IMG/VR virus record: IMGVR_UViG_3300041955_000247
Coordinates: 12,452-76,451 of that record
Reading direction: 5' to 3' (one strand)
Length of the DNA: 64,000 nt
From: a virus
The translations under genes and the position numbers were made by a program. Positions within the stretch are counted from its first letter, which is position 1. The number at the start of each line of letters is the position of its first letter. Shown here piece by piece: positions 57,850-64,000 of the stretch. The notes beneath the pieces are model-generated. The model was not told the DNA's origin. It made no database searches and saw only the letters and a list, made by a program, of their open reading frames with translations.

Positions 57850-58065
57850 TGTTCATGGTAGTCATAATTGGCTGGTGTGTGGCCGGAATTTCAAGTTGGC
57901 TTTGGCTGGCTTGGGACCCTCAGGCAATGACCTGGGGGCAGCTTGCTGGCTGCATCCTGCTTGGGGGTTTGAGTGGCCCTTTGGTCTGGATTATAATCGG
58001 CTTCAAGGTTTTTGTTGGCGCTGATTTCTGGAATAAACCAATATGCCCAACAAAGAGGAAATGAA

Positions 58066-58428
58066 ATGCCTTCACTTAGTGCAAAATACCTCGTGGTTCG
58101 CCGTGACGCCACCATTCCCAAGTGGCCTGCTTTTGTGCTGGGTGCGCGTGATCCCGCCGCACCTGCTGCCCTCAGGGCCTATGCCAAGGCAGCACGTGAA
58201 ATAGGCATGGAGGAGGAATACGTGCAGAACGTGATCTCCATGGCGGACGAATTTGAACAATACCGTGCCGCTGAGGGGGCCGGTGACCCTGATAATCCGC
58301 CGTTGCAGCGGTTTGACGATGCGGCGGTGATTGAGGTCATGCGCGGCGAACCCGGTTCAATCACGGTACACACGGATTCATTCAATGCTGTTAAGGGGTT
58401 TGACAGCAATGTGCGTCGCCGCCTGTGA
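58066..58428 (+). CDS. Hypothetical protein
   Basis: KYLV.RRD...FVLGARDP.AP.ALRAYA. Confidence 0.6.
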   Translation: MPSLSAKYLVVRRDATIPKWPAFVLGARDPAAPAALRAYAKAAREIGMEEEYVQNVISMADEFEQYRAAEGAGDPDNPPLQRFDDAAVIEVMRGEPGSITVHTDSFNAVKGFDSNVRRRL

Positions 58429-58886
58429 TGACTGACGAACAGGTGAAGGATGTTGTGGCGTTTGGTGGGTTGCTGTTCATTGCTGCTGGTATCTTGTGCG
58501 CTGGCATTCTGATTGGGTCAGGGTTGGGTGGCCCCACCTACCGGAACGTGTCATGGTCCGATCTTGATGATAAATCTTTGGACGCTGCCCCTTTGGAAGA
58601 GAAAATTCCAAGATTTGACGTGCTTGTTAGATTTGTCAGCCCAGAAGAACTAGCTACCGAATGTCAATCGATTGATGCACTTGGGTGCAGCCGAGCGCAA
58701 GTCAAACCTTGCACGGTGTGGCTACCGGCAGGGCGAACCATAATAGCCTACCCCAACATGGAAGATGCATTTTTGAAGCGGATAGATCAGGATCATGACG
58801 ATCTGTTTTTTCACGAAGTTTTGCACTGTCTGCATCCCAATTGGCATGCACCGTGGACAAAGCTGTACAATTTGCTGAGCCGGTGA
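58425..58886 (+). CDS. Membrane-anchored HEXXH metallopeptidase-like protein
   Basis: N-terminal TM helix; FHEVLHC. Confidence 0.5.
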   Translation: MMTDEQVKDVVAFGGLLFIAAGILCAGILIGSGLGGPTYRNVSWSDLDDKSLDAAPLEEKIPRFDVLVRFVSPEELATECQSIDALGCSRAQVKPCTVWLPAGRTIIAYPNMEDAFLKRIDQDHDDLFFHEVLHCLHPNWHAPWTKLYNLLSR

Positions 58887-59099
58887 TATTCATTCCACCT
58901 CCTGACAGGGGGTGTATGTGAGCAATTACCCAATCAATGTGCGCTTTAGCGACAGCTTCCACGGAATTGATAAAGGGCCATTCCTGCTTGAAATGGAACG
59001 GTTGGCACGCAGGATGCTGGGCGTGCGCGCCGAAGTGTTCATGGACACCATGCGGGATCAGAACAAGCCAAGGCAGAAGCTGACCAGGGACGACAAGAT

Positions 59100-60224
59100 A
59101 TGACCGCACATCTGCCTGATTTCACCAAGCAGCTAATCATCGATGGGACTAAGATCGGCTGGTACAAGGACCGCGTGGAAGCATGGAAGCGCGGTGAAAA
59201 GATAGCCCCGGTCACCATTGACTATGCCATGACGAGGGAGTGCCAGGCCTCCTGCCCGATATGTTACGCGATGCTCCAGGAGAACGAGCGCAAATATCAG
59301 ACCAAGGAGATTGTATTCAACTTTCTTGAGGACGCGGCTGAGATTGGCGTCAAGGGGGTTTCATTCATCAGTGACGGTGAGAGCACCGTGCACAAGAACT
59401 ACCTTGAGGCCGTAGAGCACGCCCATGGGCTGGGTTTGGGCACCGGGGCCAGCAGCAACGGGGTGGTGCTGAATAAACGCACCCTTGAGCGTCTATTGCC
59501 CTGCCTGACCTATTTGCGCTTTCACTTTGGGGGTGGGACCCGTGAAGGCTACGCCAAGGCCATGGGGCTTAACCCGGTGTGGTATGATCGGGTCATTCAG
59601 AACATCAAGGATGCAATGGCCATCAAACACCGCGACAACTTGCCAGTGAATATCAACGTCCAAATGGTGTGCCGACCCGAGGACAAGGAGGAAATTGTCC
59701 CACTTGCTAAGCTTTGCCGTGATGTTCTCCGGCCCGACTATTTTGTCATCAAACATACGGCAGACGATCTTGAGGGCAGCCTTGGGATCAACTATGCAAA
59801 GTACGCCGACTTGTTTGACAATTTCAAAGAGGCGGAGGCTTGCGCCGACGACACTTTCAGGGTGCAGGTGAAATGGTCGCGCTTTGAGCGTGATGGTCAG
59901 CGCGACTATGAACGCTGCTACGGCCCACCGTTCCTGTTGCAGGTGTCGGGCAGCGGCCTTGTGGCCCCGTGCGGGTTTCTTTTTAATGAACGATACAAGA
60001 AGTTTCATATCGGTAACATCTGCGATACGCGGTTCAAGGACATTTGGAACAGTGACCGATATTGGGAAGTGGTCAACTACTTGGCCTCCGACGAGTTCAA
60101 TGCCCAAATGTCATGCGGTCCGAATTGTCTCCAAACGAATACAAACTCTTGGCTCGACAAATTCATGAAGGGCACAGTAACCTTTGCTGACACGCCACAG
60201 CCACCGCACATGGAGTTCCTATGA
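59100..60224 (+). CDS. Radical SAM/SPASM-domain enzyme
   Basis: CQASCPIC (CX3CX2C); C-terminal C...G.V.PC...IGN......DIW. Confidence 0.88.
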   Translation: MTAHLPDFTKQLIIDGTKIGWYKDRVEAWKRGEKIAPVTIDYAMTRECQASCPICYAMLQENERKYQTKEIVFNFLEDAAEIGVKGVSFISDGESTVHKNYLEAVEHAHGLGLGTGASSNGVVLNKRTLERLLPCLTYLRFHFGGGTREGYAKAMGLNPVWYDRVIQNIKDAMAIKHRDNLPVNINVQMVCRPEDKEEIVPLAKLCRDVLRPDYFVIKHTADDLEGSLGINYAKYADLFDNFKEAEACADDTFRVQVKWSRFERDGQRDYERCYGPPFLLQVSGSGLVAPCGFLFNERYKKFHIGNICDTRFKDIWNSDRYWEVVNYLASDEFNAQMSCGPNCLQTNTNSWLDKFMKGTVTFADTPQPPHMEFL

Positions 60225-60387
60225 GTCCGGGTATGGTAACGCAAGCCGAACTGTACAGTTTGTTTGGGTACAAGATACCGGAAGCCGCGAAGCAGATCAT
60301 CGACGACGCCAGCGACTACCGCACCGCCGACGACATCAGGTCAGAACTCAGAAGCTTGGCCCTGCAAATTGAAGCGGCTGACCGTCA

Positions 60388-60987
60388 ATGAAAACCGAGT
60401 GGACGCCGGAAACGCTGCAAGCGTTCGAGCAGGACATTGCGGATACTTTCAATGCGGGCAAGATCAAGGCCCCCATTCACTTGTCAGGCGGCAATGAAAA
60501 AGCTCTCATAAATATCTTTGACAAAATACAGCCCAACGACTGGGTCGCAGGCACGTGGCGAAGTCACTACCACTGCCTCCTCAAAGGCGTGCCACCCGAT
60601 GAACTGAAGCAGGCCATTGTTGAAGGCCGTTCCATTGCCCTGTGCTTTCCTGAGCAACGTGTAATTTGCTCTGCCCTGGTGGCAGGCATCATACCGGTGG
60701 CCCTGGGGCTGGCATGGGCTGCAAAGCGCAGCGGTGAGGCTGAGCACGTTTGGTGCTTTTTGGGTGATATGGCGGCCTGCACGGGTTTGGCCAATGAGTG
60801 TGCCCGCTACGCCCGTGGGCACGGCCTGCCGCTGACCTTGGTGGTTGAGAACAATTTCAAGTCAGTGGCTACCGACACGCAAGCGTCATGGGGTGGCTAC
60901 CCCCGTGATTGGCTGGTTGATATCGAATATACCTACGAACTGAAATGGCCACATGTCGGAAGTGGTCGCTGGGTGCATATGCAATGA
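60388..60987 (+). CDS. TPP-dependent enzyme, E1-alpha-like subunit (short)
   Basis: HLSGGNE, TWRSH, GDMA...ENN TPP-binding motif. Confidence 0.85.
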   Translation: MKTEWTPETLQAFEQDIADTFNAGKIKAPIHLSGGNEKALINIFDKIQPNDWVAGTWRSHYHCLLKGVPPDELKQAIVEGRSIALCFPEQRVICSALVAGIIPVALGLAWAAKRSGEAEHVWCFLGDMAACTGLANECARYARGHGLPLTLVVENNFKSVATDTQASWGGYPRDWLVDIEYTYELKWPHVGSGRWVHMQ

Positions 60988-61256
60988 AAATGATAAGTGA
61001 CGATGAGTTTGAATTGTCAACAGGCAAAAAGATTTATGCTTATCGATTGATGCTAAGCATTGGCCGTGATGATAAGGCTGTGTCGGGTTTTGCATTTGGT
61101 TATGGCGCTGATGGTGATATCCCTTTGGATGGTCATAATTGGGTAGATAATTCAGACTATTTCACGTGCGAGGAGCAGATCGAAGTGGCTGAGTACGCTG
61201 CTCTTATGTGGGCTAAATATCTAACCAAATTGAAGAAGGATTTGGTTTGTCGATGA
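60984..61256 (+). CDS. Hypothetical protein inserted between E1 subunits
   Basis: ATGA coupling on both sides. Confidence 0.5.
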   Translation: MKMISDDEFELSTGKKIYAYRLMLSIGRDDKAVSGFAFGYGADGDIPLDGHNWVDNSDYFTCEEQIEVAEYAALMWAKYLTKLKKDLVCR

Positions 61257-61816
61257 ATGTAGCAGTTGAAGCACCCACCTATCACGACGAACTATGCCGG
61301 GCCATGACGTGGCTTGGTCAGCAGAACAACACGGTATTCATTGGCCAGGGTGTTGGCGTGCCGGGTACGGCCATGAGTGACTCGCTGAAAGGCGTGCCGC
61401 TTGAGAAGCGCATTGAGTTCCCGGTAGCTGAGGAAATGCAGGTGGGTATGTGTGTGGGCATGAGCCTCAAAGGCTATGTGCCAATTTGCATTATACCGCG
61501 CTGGAACTTTGCTTTACGGGCGGCCGATCAGATCATCAATCACTTGGACCGCTTGCCGTTATATTCAGCCGGTGGCTACAAGCCCAAGGTCATCATCCGG
61601 GTCGCGGTGCCCAGCACAGCACCGTTCAATCCAGGCCCGCAGCATGATGCTGATTTTACCGATATGTTTGAGGGGGAGCTTCGGTCAATTGGGGTGTTCA
61701 GGCTTTCAACTCAGGCATCAATAGACACGTGTTACAGGTATGCCTACGAGAGAATGTTTGGTACTATCCTTGTTGAATACACCGACCAATACCGAAATGC
61801 CCGTGGCAGCAAGTAA
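61253..61816 (+). CDS. TPP-dependent enzyme, E1-beta/transketolase pyrimidine-binding subunit (no C-terminal domain)
   Basis: FIGQ, EFPVAE..Q.G...G....G..P, F.LRA.DQI.N, GPQH. Confidence 0.85.
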   Translation: MNVAVEAPTYHDELCRAMTWLGQQNNTVFIGQGVGVPGTAMSDSLKGVPLEKRIEFPVAEEMQVGMCVGMSLKGYVPICIIPRWNFALRAADQIINHLDRLPLYSAGGYKPKVIIRVAVPSTAPFNPGPQHDADFTDMFEGELRSIGVFRLSTQASIDTCYRYAYERMFGTILVEYTDQYRNARGSK

Positions 61817-61825
61817 GGGTACCAC

Positions 61826-62980
61826 ATGCGTTTTGTGTTCACGCCTGCCGTTGATTCCCCCTATGACAAACGATTGATCTCAGGGCTTGCCGGTGAAATA
61901 GCCAAGGCAGGCCACGAGGTCAGGCTGCTCTCACTCAGTGAATACACCCGCGACAATTTGGGCAATGCTGACATTGCTTTTGACGTGAACCACGCGCGCC
62001 CCGGCTGGTTGCCCTCACACGTCAGGCACATTGCGTGGGTGCAGGATTTCATTCCCAGCGTTTACCTGCACTACGGTGAGCGCAAGAAGCCCGGTGACGT
62101 GGTCTATGTGTTGACAAACCCCGATGCGCAGGGGGTGGAAGCCAAATATGTGGACGGCGCGTTGCTGACCGGCGTTGATCCAATCTTATTGAACACCCCG
62201 CCAATGGAACGAACTATTGATGTTTCACTGTGCGGCTACATTCCACCACCTTTGGGCACTATTGATTTTGACCACATACCCCAGTGGCCTGAGAAGCGCG
62301 GCTTTGGCCAGTTTTGCCATGAGGAAATAGACAAGCTTTACAAACCGCTGTGCGGTGACCTGCGCTGCATTGAGAACTACAGGAAGCTGCACGATATGTA
62401 TCTGCAAAAGATGGACGGATTATATACCGAACAGGCCATAGTGACCGCATGGCAACAGGTCATTGTGAGTGTGGGGCATTGGGTTATGGATCACCCACGG
62501 CGGCTGGACCGTAGTGCGTTGGCCAAAATGGCGCTAAAGGTGTCAGGCAACTGTCTTTTCATGGGGCATAACTGGAATCTTTACGGAGAATTTGGTTCCA
62601 AATCACTGCCACATACAGATAATAACCAGGAATTGCTGCGAACCTACCAAAAATCACGGATAAACCTGCATACGAACTCGGATGGCTATGGGCCACACTC
62701 ACGTGTGCTTGAATCCATGGCTGTAGGTGGCTTCATCATGACCCATACGGTGAAATACCCCGAAAAAGGTGGCTGCATGCGGGATCATTTCACACCGGAA
62801 GTGCATTTTGGCGAGTTTACACCCGAAACTTTTGAGGAACGGGCCAAGTTCTGGCTGGAAAATATACATGCGCGTGAGTGGGCTAACCTTGAGTGTCGGG
62901 GTCTTATAGAATCACGGCACTTGTGGCGTCACAGGGCTGCACAACTGCTGAAAGATTTGGGGCTGCCCAACAATGCTTGA
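61826..62980 (+). CDS. Glycosyltransferase (CgeB/GT-B-like C-terminus)
   Basis: YQKSRINL......SRVLESMAVGGF, HLW.HRA. Confidence 0.7.
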   Translation: MRFVFTPAVDSPYDKRLISGLAGEIAKAGHEVRLLSLSEYTRDNLGNADIAFDVNHARPGWLPSHVRHIAWVQDFIPSVYLHYGERKKPGDVVYVLTNPDAQGVEAKYVDGALLTGVDPILLNTPPMERTIDVSLCGYIPPPLGTIDFDHIPQWPEKRGFGQFCHEEIDKLYKPLCGDLRCIENYRKLHDMYLQKMDGLYTEQAIVTAWQQVIVSVGHWVMDHPRRLDRSALAKMALKVSGNCLFMGHNWNLYGEFGSKSLPHTDNNQELLRTYQKSRINLHTNSDGYGPHSRVLESMAVGGFIMTHTVKYPEKGGCMRDHFTPEVHFGEFTPETFEERAKFWLENIHAREWANLECRGLIESRHLWRHRAAQLLKDLGLPNNA

Positions 62981-63695
62981 GCTTCCAGGCGTGACATTGG
63001 TGATCCGTGACGTGCTTTGTCATGATTTGGCGCGTATGGCACTTCTTGATACGTTGAAATTGGTCAAACCGGAACACACAATTATCTTTTCTAATAAGCA
63101 TCTCAATATTCCCAATGTACAATGGGTAAAAGTGCCCAGTTGGCCTACACTTCTTGAACACTGCACCTACTTTTGGTACGAAATGCCCGCTTATATTCCT
63201 ACCCCCATGGTGCTGAGCATTGAATGGGACGGCTGGGTCATAGATACGGAACAATGGTCACCTGAATTTATGGAATACGACTTTGTTGGTGCTCCGTGGT
63301 GGTACAATGACCCGTTGAATGTGGGCAACGGCCTTGGCTTGCGGTCAAAACGTCTCATGGAGTTCCTGATTAAGCACAAGGAACTGCTGCCCGTGAAGGC
63401 TAAAGAGGATGAAGTTCTATGTCGGGTGTACCGTCCAATACTGGAAATGCACGGCTTCAAATGGCCCAGCGAGCAGTTGGCTTCCCAGTTCTCATTTGAG
63501 TGCACAAGGCCAAGTAGGGATTCAAAGCATTTCATGTTTCATGACAGCTTCAACTTCCCCGCAGTATTGAGCGGTGAGGCATTGGAGCAGCGGGTCAGGC
63601 TGATGCGTGAGAACCCCTACATCAGGAACAGCCAGAAGCTCCGCGAACTGGAGCAGGGCCGCAAGGCCATGATCCTTGACCGTTTGTCTTCCTAG
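62973..63695 (+). CDS. DUF5672-type glycosyltransferase-like protein
   Basis: WDG, F.EYD.VGAPW, VGNG...RSK, ED, A..FS.E, FH. Confidence 0.75.
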   Translation: MLELPGVTLVIRDVLCHDLARMALLDTLKLVKPEHTIIFSNKHLNIPNVQWVKVPSWPTLLEHCTYFWYEMPAYIPTPMVLSIEWDGWVIDTEQWSPEFMEYDFVGAPWWYNDPLNVGNGLGLRSKRLMEFLIKHKELLPVKAKEDEVLCRVYRPILEMHGFKWPSEQLASQFSFECTRPSRDSKHFMFHDSFNFPAVLSGEALEQRVRLMRENPYIRNSQKLRELEQGRKAMILDRLSS

Positions 63696-63773
63696 CCTTG
63701 ACAGAACCACCCAAGTAAAATAATCATCTGGCGTGTCTATTCCACGCGCCGGGGTGCAAAAGTGAGTTCTGTA

Positions 63774-64000
63774 ATGCCAAGCGAAGTTGAGACGGCCCCT
63801 TCAAACGGGGCCGCTGCCCTTCCGTCCCAAGGGTCGATAAAATGGTTCAATGCCGATAAAGGCTACGGTTTCATTGAATACCCGGATGGTGCTTCAGATA
63901 TTTTTGTTCACGTCAAGGAACTTCGCAAGTCAGGCATTGTGGCTCTCAACGATGGCACCGCAGTCAGTTTCACGGCGGTCAAAGGCCCCAAGGGGCTGTA
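63774..64000 (+). CDS. cspA: Cold-shock domain protein (3'-truncated by window)
   Basis: KWFNADKGYGFI (RNP1) and DIFVH (RNP2); TTGACA at 63698 upstream. Confidence 0.9.
   Translation, partial: MPSEVETAPSNGAAALPSQGSIKWFNADKGYGFIEYPDGASDIFVHVKELRKSGIVALNDGTAVSFTAVKGPKGL

Noticed and set aside
60388-61816. Pyruvate dehydrogenase auxiliary metabolic genes
   Set aside because: Subunits are truncated, no E2/E3 is in the window, and the context is glycosyltransferases.

Overview
This 64 kb window is part of a tailed dsDNA phage genome, most likely infecting an alphaproteobacterium (it carries a GcrA homologue and a CtrA-like DNA-binding domain). Layout: (i) 1-12 kb, + strand: virion/ejection, tail-fibre and lysis genes. 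(ii) 12-41 kb, - strand: a near-complete replication/recombination set (SbcC/D, resolvase, RecA, SSB, clamp loader, UDG-fused PolA, beta clamp, methyltransferase, sigma-like factor, primase, SNF2 and DnaB-like helicases). (iii) 41-56 kb: early small genes, including a MoxR/vWA pair. (iv) 57-64 kb, + strand: a radical SAM, split TPP enzyme and glycosyltransferase cluster, then a truncated cold-shock gene. The standout feature is a ~6 kb island (28422-34409) between primase and the sigma-like gene. A central serine recombinase is flanked by two outward-pointing arms of tiny genes. Nearly every junction carries a motif with an ATAGG core, and the motifs are inverted between the arms. Joining a right and a left site gives the palindrome ATAGGCCTAT and leaves a CTCCG (Shine-Dalgarno-like) target. 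This suggests a two-armed, integron-like gene-capture element driven by a serine recombinase. It contains a nested non-autonomous element with terminal inverted repeats and an 8-bp target duplication. Two genes appear to use non-canonical start codons (ATT, ATC). All product calls come from motif recognition by eye; no database search was run.
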